Assembly: GCA_002633005.1 (NCBI GenBank)
Contig: NMRA01000718.1
Span: 106,552 to 170,551, forward strand
Reading direction: 5' to 3'
Source of the DNA: Phoronis australis
Lineage: Eukaryota; Animalia; Phoronida
DNA: 64,000 nucleotides
Part shown: positions 13,459-27,900 of the stretch, piece after piece
Numbering within the stretch: position 1 is the stretch's first letter
Layout of the letters: each line of letters opens with the position of its first letter
Made by a program: the position numbers and the translations under genes
The notes under the pieces: model-generated
What the model was told of the DNA's origin: nothing
The model's input: the letters and a program-made list of their open reading frames with translations, nothing else
The model's database searches: none

Positions 13459-15641
13459 CAAAAATCACTGTGCGTAATATACAAGAGTTAGCTGCATGCA
13501 TCTTTTTATGCAGAAAATGTGTATCTGGAAAATTCTTTGAAATGTTCGTGTCTGTGTTGGCTACAGTCACTCATAAGGGTCTCGGACTTTGAGAACCAGT
13601 TTGATGCCAATTATCTTCAGGGGAGAAAACTGGTTCTCAAAATCCGGTAACCTTGTGACTATTACTCATGGCAAGAGCTTGAATACTAGGTATACAAATA
13701 CAATGTTGGTGCACATATGGCACGTAGACAATGCAAGAGGTCTCTTCACTCAAATAGGTTCAATTGTCTACTTTGAACCAACTTTCACAGCTTCTAACAG
13801 ATATTTATTATCTAAAATCACAATTAAAATACAACCACTTTCTCACACCTTCTATAGCACTTTCTAGTCTGTTACTTTTAGCAAACAACCAACCCCTGAC
13901 GCAGAAAGTTAACATGTTGAAATGGCATGCTGCCGAGCTGATCAAATATGTGGACTTGTATGATTGTACAGGTTTGCTAGCTGATTGCTTACTCAAATCT
14001 TATCTTTGCTAAAGGCCAGTTCATTCCAAAAGCAGCCACAAATGTGCTGCATGCTTCCAACACGCTGATTATACTATTTTTCCTAATATACAGGAGAAAA
14101 CATCAACCAGAAGGAATTCTTGTGCTTACAAAACCCTATTAATTCATTATTAAATATACAATACATACATAGAAAAGTATTGAGTATGGGTGATGATTTG
14201 AGGCGATTGATACCGCGCAGCATGCCATTTTAAAACATTGCTAACTGTACATCACTGACAGTATAATTCAGCCAAAATGAAGCAGCTATGCACACATTCA
14301 TTTAAAATATATTCAGTTTGAAAATAACATATAGCACACGCACAAACAACAAAGCTTTTTACCACACAAGGAGAGAAACTAGCCGCAAAGAAAAATATGC
14401 TGAATGCCTAAGTCACCTAGGCCTATCGAGCGATGCTTGGTCGTCATTGCTAACTGAGTATCCTGTTGGGAGAACATGATCAGAAGATACCTGTATCAGA
14501 TCAGAGAACTGTTTTCATTTCAAAGAGGTGAAACCCTTGTAAGTGCAAAGTGCTGACAGTATTTTAAACAGATCAGCGGGACATCAGGCTCTGAGGTCGA
14601 CAGTGACTGGCAATCTGCAGATCATTGATCTATCACCAGTTGATTTCAAACAACTTTGCCTCATCATCTGTCGACGTCCTGTGTTTGACAATGTCTGACA
14701 AATTTCAAAATTGTTGATTTTTGATTTTCTTATGCCGACATCATACCAATGATGCCCCCAATCACCTCTCTCACCCCTTCGTCCCACGGTAAGACCATTT
14801 TTGCCCAGCACACCTTATTCATAAGTGACTTAGGCATTGTGTTAAAGCTTTTGCTTGATGAACATGTAAATCAACAAGTCAAGTTCGTTGTCTAAATATA
14901 GCTATGTTTAAGGTAATGTAGAACCCTATAGACAAGACTGTGTACATACATTTACTAGTTAAATAACTCACTGTAACTCAGTAAATGTACTGTGTATTTA
15001 GTAGAAAGCCTGTAGAGTTTGATTTTTGTCTTGGTACCTATGTGGCATTAATTGGCCCGGGTCACGTGGCCACGTTTAGCAAAAAAGGAAGGCACTGATA
15101 ACAAAACAACTGTGTTCAAGATGAAATCTCAGTTATCAAGTATGCTATCACTTATATTTTGTTTCAGCAACAATGCCTGAAGCAAAAGAGTAACATAATT
15201 TAAAAACAATCCCTGCTGTCGTTTTTGGAGAACAAAGTTTCATAAGAGTAGATGAGCTCTTTCTGCATGATACGATGTTCTGAAGTAAGAAATTTGGGCA
15301 TTATCTTAGGGTCCTACATAAACTTATTGTTTGGACATGGTTGTAGAGTTCAAGGAAAACTGGTCAGATCTCCAGTGACAATTAAGATATCATTTCAAAT
15401 CTTGACAATGGAGATCAGACATTATTGCATTTATAGAATTAACCATGGATGTATGATTGAAAGTCAAACTATATAATTTCACAAAAGCAAGACAAGTTAT
15501 AAGTACACAAGTGTTGAATATGATTAATTACCTTTCCCTTGTTCAAACAGTACAATTCATATTGCTTGATTATACCGACCTACATGTACGTATCTGAAAC
15601 GAACCTGTGCTGTCTCACATTCAATCACACGAGAGAAGTGA

Positions 15642-15919
15642 CTACTTGAAAGTAATAAGATACTCTGGGTATGCAGCATTGTCGTGAAAAACAACAAAAA
15701 TAGAGGGGGTACCAGGACTGTCGCATGTCGAGTCGTAGAGGATATTCCCACTTACGGGAGGAGGAACTTTCATGCTGCTGTTCCCTAGGACATATCGCCC
15801 TGTCAAGACTTTACTTTGATACACGTGCTTATGTCCATTCTGGTCTGGTCTGGCATACTGGTTAGAAGCAGAATATTGAGCGTTTACAGCGAAGTACACA
15901 CCAGCTCCGTAGGCAATTG
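15642..15919 (-). CDS. PARP14: PARP14-like last exon (PARP catalytic domain, stop)
   Basis: YGAGVYFAVNAQYS...PSIFVVFHDNAAYPEYLITFK*. Confidence 0.94.
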
Positions 15920-18900
15920 CTGTAAATATTTTCAAATACAAATTTTATTGAACTCTGTTATCATTAACACATATTGCATTGACATTTTCAGAGATGACTG
16001 CTGTATTGCATGGTGGATATCTTCAATACAGTAATCGTGTCTTAGATGAAAATGAGAATCAATTTCTGCACTAACCTTTAAGTATACCCATGACTTAACT
16101 GTACAATGAAGGTATAAATACTGCACACTTCACACTGGCCAAAATTAGGCCTCATTACCATTTGAGAGAGATATAAATATCGCAAAATTACCTAAGAGTA
16201 TTTTGATCAGAAGTCATTCTACTCCCAGTCCTCAAACAAAAGGAGAAAGGTGATCACGTTGATTTGAGCTATTGGTTTTGGAAGAAGTTTTGATGTGCAG
16301 CTTTTGAGGATCACTGGTTGGATTTACCAAAAAACGTACGCATCACTGGGGTACGGATCCCAACGGTTCGTTTCATTATTAAAGCCGCACGCTCGGCGTA
16401 GCTGACACTAGGAGCGCGAACACCTGTGTTATTATGAGAATAACATTTTTCGAATTCGGTGGTATACCAGTACTGAGTCTTTTGCAATTTTACATACAAG
16501 CAACTCATTTTTCTAAACTCTTCAAAAACTTGTTAGTGTACCATTTTGCACAAACTCAAACGATCGGCCTCGTTTAATAACTGCAGACTTTTGGTACTAT
16601 TTGCGAGAACCATAGTCAAAATTACAGAATTGTGTTGCTAAAACTTAATTTGAGAAAGCAATGTGTACTAAAAATAAATGCCAATCGACTGTGAAAAATT
16701 AAATCATTAAAACTGAACATTTATCATCGCATTAATAGGTTTTAATGTTCAGGGCACACTGAGCGAAAATAAGCACATACAGGAACCACGTGACCTTAGT
16801 TTTGTGACAATGATGTAATGGGCGCAACAAATTAACAGATTAGGTGTAATAATAGCATATACTGCTTTAACAACTTATTGGATCAAATAAAAGAATGATG
16901 TATATCTGTGTCATGGATGTAAGAGTTATGAAATGTGTAGTGGTTGTACCCTATTACCGACCTCATATGAACATAGTCAAACCCAGTGCATTGGTAATAG
17001 GTTCGAACGGAATAGATTTCTTAACTTCCGTTGTAGTTAGGAGATTTTGATGATTCAAAAACTAAACATGATCAGCATTTGAGGAGGACCTCAGAAATGT
17101 TACGTATTGGTTTACATTGAAATATGTTATAACTCATTTTTTATTTTTAACAGCACAGCCCAGTCAGGCTAGATAGGATCTGATCGGAGATTAGAGCAAT
17201 TATCAAACTAAGAGACCTGGCCCTACAACCATCAATGTCAGAATGGAGTTAATCAGTCGTGTAAGATACTGGCTACAGGGGATCCTCCCAACTTGTTGTT
17301 GGGCTCTAGAATCAAACAAGTTGGGCTCAATGGGAAAACGCCGTAAATCCATCTGAAAATAGGAACATGTCGTTGCTTCTGTAATAAAAAGATATTTTCT
17401 AAATTTCATAAAAATCTGGCAAGGCACTTCTGAGAAACAGAGGAAAACGAAAAAATAAAATTGCCAATAGGGGGGGGGCACAGCATTGGTTGGATCCATC
17501 TGAAAGTCGTTGTCATCATCCGTTGTCAACTTCACATAAATACACTAGCTAAATTTCATAAAGATCCTGCAGTGGGTTTAGGAGATACATTAGGTGGTAA
17601 CACAGTAGGCAAAGTCACTATAAAATCATGGTCAACCATCTTCCTCACACTATGAACATTTATGCTAATTTTCACAAACATGCTTAGAGTGGTTTAGTTG
17701 ATAGAGGGGTGCACGGAAAACAAACTAGAGAAAATAAAAATGGCCACTGGATTGCATAAAATAAGTTGAATCCAAGGCATCTGAAAATAGGAACATTTTT
17801 CTTGAATAGAAAACTATTTACCAAATTTCATAAATATCCATCAAGGAACTTCAGAGAAACAGAGGAAAACGGGAAAAATGAAATTGCCACTAGAGGGCAT
17901 AGCATACATCGGATCTGTTTGAAAGTTGTCATCTGTTTCAAACTTTCCAAATCTAATAAAGATCCTGCAGTGGGATTTGGAGATGGGCGCAAAAAGCACA
18001 AAACTGCCAATAGGAGGCGCCACAGTAGTGAAAGTAGTCGGAAAATCATAGTCAACTGTCGTCTTCACTCTACCAACATATATGCCAATTTTCATCATCC
18101 TAAGAGTGATTTGACAGAGGGGCGGATGCCCAAAAACAGACTTGAAAGTAGTGCAAGAACAACGCAGAGGGTTGCACCGCAAACGGTATGGTTTTAGGGG
18201 TGTTTATTTGCATCATAAAAACGGCCACAAGTTGGCACAAAAATGTCAAATCCATCCGAAAACTGGAAGATGCCATCGTTCTTAAACAGAAAGCTATTTA
18301 TTAAATTTCATAAAAATCTGCAATTCAAGTTACTTCAGAGAATGTAAACGGAAAAAAATGAAATTCCCACTAGGGGGCACAGTGTTTGTCACATCTATCT
18401 GAAGGTCATTGTCGTCCGTTGCTAACTTCAGAAGAATACACTTGCGAAATTTAATACAGATCCTGCAGAAGGTTTAGGAGATACAGTCATGGGCGCAAAA
18501 GAGACAAAACTGCCACTGGGAGACGGCACTGTGAGTAGTCAAAGTCCTCGGAAAGTCACATTAAGAACATAATTATATACCAACTTTCAAAATCATCCCT
18601 GGAGCGGTTTGGTTGACAGAAGGGTGGACGCCAAACGACTCGATAACAGTAAAAAAAGCCACTAGATGGCGCAAAGTACTTTGAATGCATAAGAAGTCAG
18701 GAGGATAGCATCATATCACTAATAGATGACAAACTGCCACATTTTATGAAAATCCGTTGAGGTTCTCCAAAGATACAGACTGAGGTAAGCATAAAAAAAT
18801 GAAATTCCCACTAGGGGGCACCCAGTACTCGGAAATGTCCGAAAGTCGTCATCATCCTTCATCAGCTTGATAAGAACACATCTGACAAATCTCATCAAGA

Positions 18901-21900
18901 TCCTGTGAGGGGTTTAGGAGATACAGCTGCAAATGCCAGACGCCCAGACAGAGATGACAGCAATTTGCAACCACATATAAATATGTGAGCGCATAAAAAA
19001 TGGACACTAAGTGGCGCAAAATACCTCGAATCCATTCGAAAACTGGAAAGTAACGTCATCTCACTCATTGATGCCTATGTGCCCAATTTCATAAAAATCC
19101 GTTGAGGACCTTTGAAGATACACACTGAGGTTAATGTAAAAAACTAAAATTGCCGATCCGTCCAAAAGCCATCGATGTCCATTGCCAACTTCATATCAAT
19201 ACACTAGCAAAATTTAGTAAAGATCCTGAGGAGCGTTTAGGAGATACAAGCATGGGTGCAAAAACAACAAAACTGCCACTAGGAGGTGCCACAGTAGTCA
19301 AAGTCATCGAAAAATCATCACCAGTGAAAATTTCCACATACCGTTAAAAATGCCTGTTTTCCCGAATCATTCACAGCATGGTGTGAAGTTTCAATGAAAT
19401 CCAACAATCGGTTCACTAGATATCATCTGGAAACTCTCTTCCCCCAAACAACATGCAGAAAACTAAATAGCCACTGGGAGGTGCTGCAGAGGTTAAATCT
19501 GCCCAAACATTTAATGGTGTTGCTGCATTGTCATTCAAACCTGTGTCAACTTCCATTGAGATCTTTCACTCAGTTCTCTACATATCCGTAAATGCCCACA
19601 CAAAATGGCCACAAGGAGGCACTGCAGTAATCGAATACGGCCAAAAATCAATTGGTGCCGGTGCAATCTTATCGTACACTTTTGTTCGAAATTTCATTAA
19701 AATCCACCATTCGGTTCTCTAGATATTATCTACACGCCCTCCTCTCCCCAAAACAACACTTGAAAAGTGCTTTGTCATGAAGAAAATGGCCACTAGGAGG
19801 AGCTGCAGTGGTCAAAACTGCATGAAAATTTACTTATGCCAGCACATTAATATCACAAATTTATGCCAAGTTACACTGAAATCCTTCAATCCATTCTCCA
19901 GATATCATCCGGAAAATATCTTCCCAAAAATACACACAAAGCCTCACACCCGTGACCCCATGGCAGGCGGCGTAGATTGAAAAGTGGCATGTAAGTGACG
20001 CCCTTTTCCAAGTTCCATCGAGTGAACACCTGGACAGATGTACAACCGGACAAAGTAAGGACAACATGTGACCACATATTAAATAGATATAGGTTGCCAC
20101 ATAAAAATCAGTAACAGCTAGGCCAATAACTCAGTCAGATCAGGTTTAACACGAACATACCATTCTTTCCACAAAAGCTCCTGTTAAACCCCTGACGATT
20201 GATCTTATCAATAGTGTCCTCACTGGTCCCGTGGTATAGAGTCCTCTCGTTTTGTGTTCCCTGTGGATTTGCAGAGTCCATGTACTGTTTGTGGCTGACA
20301 TAACTTTTCCACAGTCGCAGGTTCTGAATTCGTTGAATCTACAAAAAGACATGATTCAGATACATTTTTTTCTTACTAAATGCTGTGCGTGGGTGATGGA
20401 AATTATGACTTAAATTAATAAACACAATCTTGAGATAAAACATGCAGTCTTATAATGAGCACTACTACATGTTCACAGGGACTAAGGTGTTGATTTAGAC
20501 GCCAACCTCAAAGAAAAGATGACAGTTCTAGTGTGTTAAGGTTATGTAGAAGGTTATTTCAAGGTCAATTACCATGCAGTCAAGAAAAACTAGGCTGTGT
20601 CAAATTTCCAAAAGAAGAATTACCAGGGATTATAAAATTACACTTTATACTTATGTGTCATTGTAACTATAACATGGCCACAATGTGTAGTACAAATTAT
20701 CATTTTTAACAAAATGTACATTTACAGCAAAAATACCCTTTAGTCGATTTTAATGAATCTGAAGTTTCTTAAATGAAAACTTGACAATAATCTCTCAAAA
20801 ACGCTGTTAAGAATTTGCTGTTACCCATTTAGTTTGCTTTCTACATCAAATCAACTCTCAAAAGTTAACGTAAGGAATCTTAATTTCATGTCCTGAACAC
20901 ATCCACTAAAACAAGATAAACTGTAGGAACACCGCATTTATCCACCTTCACTCTTATCAGGCTTCTATTGTGAGTCAGCATGCGTGAATAATTGGCTGAT
21001 AAGCCACCTCTGGAACTACTTTGGGCTGAATGGATGACCAGGCCATAAAATGATAATTAGCCAAGACCAGTTACTATAATGCAACAAAGAACAAGTAATA
21101 ATGTCTTGCATCACCTAGCCTTGGTGGAAAGCTGTATACTGTATTGGCTCAAACAAACGCTTAGAAAAATTCATTTCACGGGGAGGGGACGCTTATTGTA
21201 GTGAGCCTACGGCAGTTGAAACCCGGTTTCCCAAACGGGTAAAATCGGAAGCTAGGATTCATCAAATTTACGCTCTGTGACGTATTTGTAGCCTATGACA
21301 GCCTTTCTACAAAATTGTGGTGCATTGCTATCAACTTCCGTTGTTAAATTACGATAATTTTTCAAAAAATTGTGCTCATCACAGGGCGAAAACTTGCCGA
21401 CTGATGCGTCGCTGAATCGCGATCGTCAATAGGAAAACTTGTACTCTTGAATAAAAATATAGTTTCGACTCAACAAATTACCTGAAATCTTCCTGATGTT
21501 TTACAATTTTTAAAGTTCCTGTGGAGTCCAGATTAATTGCGATTAAGTCCAAATGTGCGCTACATCGTACTCCACAACACGAGAAAAATCTCTGGATGAA
21601 CACACATGTTGTTGTCACGTGACGTTTGTTTTGAAGGTCGTCTGCGTATGAGAGTGAGTGAGCGTGCGTGTGCGGGTCATCGACGATAGACTTTTTTGTT
21701 ACAAAAGGCGGAGGATTATGCAAGAAAATGGCGTTTACTAGATTGTTTTTCACTTAAACGGCTGTAACGTGCAAGGTGAGTGCGCTCGCAGAGTCACATC
21801 TCGGAAGTTTCCGGTTTGACGGATGACAAAGAACGATCTCAATGAAATTACACAAAGTCGTTTTAGAGCTTGTAATAGCTATACAAAACGTATTTTGAGT

Positions 21901-24900
21901 ATTAAAATGCATTTTTTCCAAAACCTAAATAACACACGGAGTAGTTCTACATTTATACAATCCTAACTTGGGTCCTATATTTTTGTATTCGTGCGCGCCG
22001 AATGAAAGTAATCGTGAGTGTTTCTGTGTTGCAAAATCTCTTATCCTGGGCCGATTTGAAAAATTCAAAGTTGTATTCGTATTTGTTTTCGCTCCTCTTT
22101 TCAAATATTACAGTAAAAACTACTTAAAATTCTCTCCATAAAAAGTACAGTTGTTAGGCTAGACTGTAATCAGCTGATCATATCCGCATGAGCGAAGTCA
22201 ATTATTCTCGCTAGTGACTCGATGAATAGAGCAGCTTGGCGGCATCCCTTTGAGCATGAGCCGAACTCGTGTCAGCCAAGGTGGATAAATACGGTCTAGT
22301 TCAATTTTCCATACCCCGCGGTTTACCTTAAACACCGGGGTTAGAACCAATTTTATTTAGTGGGAATGTTCATAGCATGTGTAAATAAAAAAAGCGGAGC
22401 CATGTTCGCTTATGGTACAGTACAGTAAAACTTTAAAAGAAAAAATCCAAGTTACAATGCTTTTGAGATTGAAACCCAATCTGTTTTTGAGTACTTGACT
22501 GTGTTCCTAAGTTCAAAAAAGGAGATTTGCTGAACGTCGCATTAGTCTTGAAAATGTAACAGCCTTTTCGCTTAATTATTCTGTGAAAACTCGTTTTCAG
22601 TCAATATAACCTATACATGTCTTAACCATGCCTGTTATTTCAACATTCACTCACAATGTCAACTGAATTTGCAGTGCATAATTAACTTATCACTAAGACA
22701 TCGGATTTCATTTTCCTCGAGTCAACTAGGTCGAAGGTCGGAGTCAGCAGTTGTAACTAGATCAACAGTTCATTGTATACACACTACGCGCCAGGGAGAT
22801 TGAACAATACAAAATGGATAACAGACATCCGAGTCGGTGGTTAAAGCACATCATGAGCACAGGATCGAAACATCAAATTACTGAATGAAATTAATGAATT
22901 TGGGTAAGAATTTATATTTTTCACAACTTGCTGTGTTCGTGAACACAAAGTTGAAAACTGTCCTGGTTTGCCTTCCTTTTCTGTAGCATGCTTTCTATGC
23001 TATGTCTTAACATTATGGCAACTCTAAATGAAATGATCGTGGATACACAGGGAGTGCTCTATGCCTGTCAAGAGATTTGATTTGAGTGACAGTTCTGTAA
23101 TCTTTGAACTTTGATAAGTAGTAAACAAAGTTCCACTTGATTGAGATGGGCCTGGGAATTTTTTTTCTACCATAAACAGGTAAGATGTCAATTTTAACTA
23201 TAGATTCATCCCAGGTATAAATTGCAAAAAACAGGAGTCTTAAAATGAAATAACGATTGAAACGTATTTTAAACCTTTGTTCCTTTGGGAGGTAGCCTTT
23301 TGTCAAGATCAACACAAATTGTTACATTTAAAATGTACCAACTGAAGTTAAAACTACTCTCCACAGTTGCAGGCTGTAATGCTGTGCAAATGCCAGAACC
23401 AGTTTGGGTGTAATAACAACCACCATTGTTGAGACAGTAGTGCTAGCTATAAAGTTTCCACTTCACTAGCTCAGATCTACATCAATTCAAAAGGTGTTCT
23501 ATATTGGCATCATAAAAGTTGTCTGGGGTTGAGGGAATCTGAGCAGTGGCCAGTGTAAGCCAGAAATTCTCCACATGATGGGGACCATAAGCACTTAGAA
23601 GATGATATGAAGATGCTCTCAAATTGTTTCTTTTGCAAACTAACTTTTTTCTTACTGGGTGCTGGTTCTTATATTTTTATTTTATTTTTAAACTTGAAAT
23701 ACAAAAACAGTCATGGTAGATTTTTAAAGTCAACGAAACTTAATTAGTTCAGTTAATTGTGAACCCACCCCAGAACTTTCCATATTACAGCTACACAAAA
23801 CATTTCACAGCAAACAAAACTACACCTGCCATTAGTTCAAGTTTAAACTTTATTAGAATTCAAATCATGAAATATAATTATACAAAAGTGTAAATTTGAT
23901 GACAGCCAAACTGAAGATTTGGAATCTCTGGACAATTTTGGTTGCACTGATTAGATAACTATTTTAACTTTTTGTCAGTCATAAAAAATGAAGAGTGGGC
24001 ACAAGTCAAGTACAACTGTTTCCTAGTAAAAAATCTGGTTCAACAAGTTTGAAAGAATATTAAAAGAATAATCCATGTCATGTTGTATCAATACGCACTG
24101 CCATTTATCTTCTATGGTATCCACTGTTTGTAGTTTTTAGCATATTAGTTCACTGATTTTTAAAAATCGAAAACCATAGTTGGTTGTTTTTTCTAGCTGA
24201 ATACCGACGTGGTGTTAGTTTTAGAATGAAAATTATTGGTTAATGCATTTTGAAAATTCGCCGCTAAGTACAGGCAGAAATGTTTACTACTGTAACAGTT
24301 TATGATTGGGTAATTACACTTTACTGGGTCTTGCTGGCACTCACAATGCAGTCATCACAGCTGTATCTGACTCCAACGCTGCGCTATCTTTGATCCTGGT
24401 AAAAGCTGCTAAGAAGGACCAGAGGCGAAAATTCCGGCACATCTTTCTAAGTGCGTGACTTCCTAGTAAGCGTATTATTCATGGTATGATTAAAAGTTGT
24501 TTATGACTGAATTTGGGTAATTTACATTTGGTTTAAATTATGCATTTAATGGAACTTTGTTGACTGTGTTATTTCAGAGTCAAAATTGAACCATGATAAA
24601 CCACAATTAAAAATGTCAGACCTTTTACCAAAAATGGATTTTCAGACATGGTGTGCTGTGGTGTATCAAAAACAAGAAGGGCCACCTACCTTGCCAACAT
24701 GATAAATGAGTAATTGCAAAATATTTTAACAACCCACTACTTGCATGCCAACAAAAATAAACGCTCCCACATGGTATAAACACTCCAACTAAATAAGATT
24801 GGTCCTAACCTCAATGGTCAAGGTAAACGGTGGGGTTTGGAAAATTGAACTAGACAGAGTCGCGCTCGGCTCACGATCAAAGGAATACCGCCAAGCTGCT

Positions 24901-27900
24901 CTATTCATCGAGTCACGAGCGAGGATAGTTGGCTTCGCTCACGCGGGTATGATCAGCTGATTACAATCTAGCTAGCAGACTGTACATTTTATGGAGAGAG
25001 TTTTACGTAGTTTTTACTGTAATATTTGAAAAGAGGAGCGAAAACAAATATGAGTACATCTTTGAATTTTTCAAATCGGCCCAAGATAAGAGATTTTGCA
25101 ACACAGCAACACTCACGATTACTTTCATTCGGCGCGCACGAATACAAAAATATAGGACACAAGTTATTTAGATTTTGGAACACATTCATTGCAATATTCA
25201 AAATACGTTTATTATGAATTCAAGCTGTAAAACATTGTTTTTTAATTTCACTGTGCCCATTCAATGTCATCCGTCAAATCGGCAATTCCCGAGATGTGAT
25301 CTGCGGCGTGCGCGTATGTACAAAACAGGTGATTGTTATGTTCCCGAACTACGAAAATTAAGAAACTTTAGCATGCCGTTATTATTGACAGGGACACAAT
25401 AAAACGAATTTGGATTTTGACTATAGTCTTGATACAGCGAGCTGGCTGCGTCAGTGTCTCCGTTAGACCCAGAAATTTCACACAGCCCGGGTAGTTCACC
25501 TCGTCCCCAACATGTAGATCGAGCCTTGGACTATAATACTCCACGGTAGAGCTAACGAACGTCGGCCTGTGCACACAAAATCTGTGAGTTAACCAGCACT
25601 CACCTTGCACGTTGCAGCCGTTTAAGTGAAAAACAATCTAGTAAACGCCATTTTCTTGCATAATCCTCCGCCTTTTGTAACAAAAGTCTGTCATCGATGA
25701 CACGCACACGCACGCTCAATCACTCTCATACGCAGACAAACTTCAAAACAAACGTCACGTGACAACAACATGTGTGTTCATCCAGAGATTTTTCTCGTCT
25801 TGTGGGGTACGATGTAGCGCAGATTTGGACTTAATCGCAATTAATCTGGACTCCACATGAACTTAAAAAATTGTAAAACATAAGGAAGATTTCAGGTAAT
25901 TTGTTCAGTCGAAACTATGTTTTTATTCAAGAGTTCAAGTTTTCCTATTGACGATCGCGATTCAGCGACGCATCAGTCGGCAAGTTTTCGCCCTGTGATG
26001 AGCACAATTTTTTGTAAAATTATCGTAATTTAACAACGGAAGTTGATAGCAATGCACCGCAATTTTGTAGAAAGACTGTCATAGGCTACAAATACGTTAC
26101 AGAGCGTAAATTTGATGAATCCTAGCTTCCGATTTTACCCGCTTGGGAAACCGGGTTTCAACTGCCGTAGGATTATGTGCGTCCCCTCCCTGTGAAATGA
26201 ATTTTTCTAAGCGTTTATTAGAGTCAATACAGTATACAGCTTTCCACCAAGGCTAGGTGATGCTAGGACATTATTCTTTGTTGCATTAGTAACTGGTCTT
26301 GGCTAATTATCATGGCCTGGTCATCCATTCAGCCAAAAGTAGTTCCAGAGGTGGCTTATCAGCCAATTATTCACGCATGCTGACTCACAATAGAAGCCTG
26401 ATAAGAGTGAAGGTGGATAAATGCTGTGTTCCTACAGTTTCTTGTGGTAGTGGATGTGTTCATGAAATGACCTATATAAATGCAATTAAAAGCTTACCTT
26501 TAGTATTGTAGATGGCTGCATTTGTGTAAAGTCAACTGAAACTTTGGCATATTCTGGAGAGCTTTGGGGCAAGTCAACAACCAATAGATTATCTGTCATA
26601 TTACTCCAACAAGCAGGAAGTTCATCGCTACCACCTGTGAAAACATGCATGTTTGTTGTGACATATTGTTGCATCAGGGCACTACATGTGTCAAGCGCAT
26701 TGTTGTGGAACGTACATTTCGCGAAATTGCAACGCTGTATACATGTAGGCGTACACCATACTGCATACTGGCTTAAGTGGCATGGGCCCAAACTTTCTTG
26801 AACAACTATTCCATAGAAGACATGGATGTGACGGGTTGCAGATCTAGAGTTTGGGTAAAGGTGCTATGGAATAAGGAGTAAAACATCGACTTAAATAACC
26901 CCAATGTTCTTGTTAGCAAAATACGTACTCCCACAAATGAGCTGGTCACCATCACCAGATCTTTGCTGCAACCTTATTTTGGGCTTTCCTACAATTTCCT
27001 AGGCCCACCTCTGACTCTGGATCGGCCCAGGTGTCAAAAACTTGAGCATGTGTCATTACTGATGTCATTACATTGTTGCTCGGGTGAAAATTTGCGTTGA
27101 GTGCCACAATATCATAATATGTCATGACAGAGAGCACATTCATCCAATACAGTTTGTTGCTCTTTTACTAAGCTCAAAGTCATTACTTGGGTAGGGCACA
27201 ACATTTTGTTCCATAATTTCCACTGCATGATTGTTCTCCAAAACGAGTGCAAATCCATGAAACAAACCCATGAGTGACACACAACGACCATTAAAAGAGA
27301 ACGCCACCCGATTTAATTAGTCTTTTTTGCCGTCTTAATCGGTCTATATCCACATCGCCTCGCATACGGTCGACCTTACTTTGCCAAGACGTGTCGTGTT
27401 AACCTGTGAAGAAGGTGAGAAACGACGCTAGCGAAGTCAGTGGTTCATATGCAGAGTGAATGCCGCTAAGTTGCGGTGCATTGTTCCGGCTTGTCCGAAC
27501 TAAGCAGCTACGAGGACAGCGAGTATGTTGTGTTTTTTTACTTCCTCAAGAGTCCGAAATGCTTAGGAAGTGGCTCAGGATAGTGAAGAATGAAATGCAC
27601 GCTGTAAATAGCAAGTATGAGGCCGTGAAACATCTCCGTGTCTTTGGCATGCAGACGTCGACAGTGCCTGACGAATGCCGGCTTACCAAATAAACTCCAT
27701 ACATTCCGTTGTCTGAGCTTGTTCACGGCGCCTCTCTAGTATTTCTTCATCACTGTATTCCTGTTCGAATTGATAGCCTGTAAAACTTAACGATCCACCT
27801 GCGAAGTTGGAACTGATGAGCTCTAGCTCTTCCTAAGACGGGATTGCGAGTTGCCATGTTGAGTGACGTTTATTACTGAGCGTTGTTTCAAAATAAAATA

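Noticed and set aside
17203-19980. Many 60-143 aa ORFs with similar peptides (KDPAVGLGD, LPLGGATVV), also at 48-49 kb and 56-58 kb
   Set aside because: These are translations of the tandem repeat units, and the frames are not maintained between copies.
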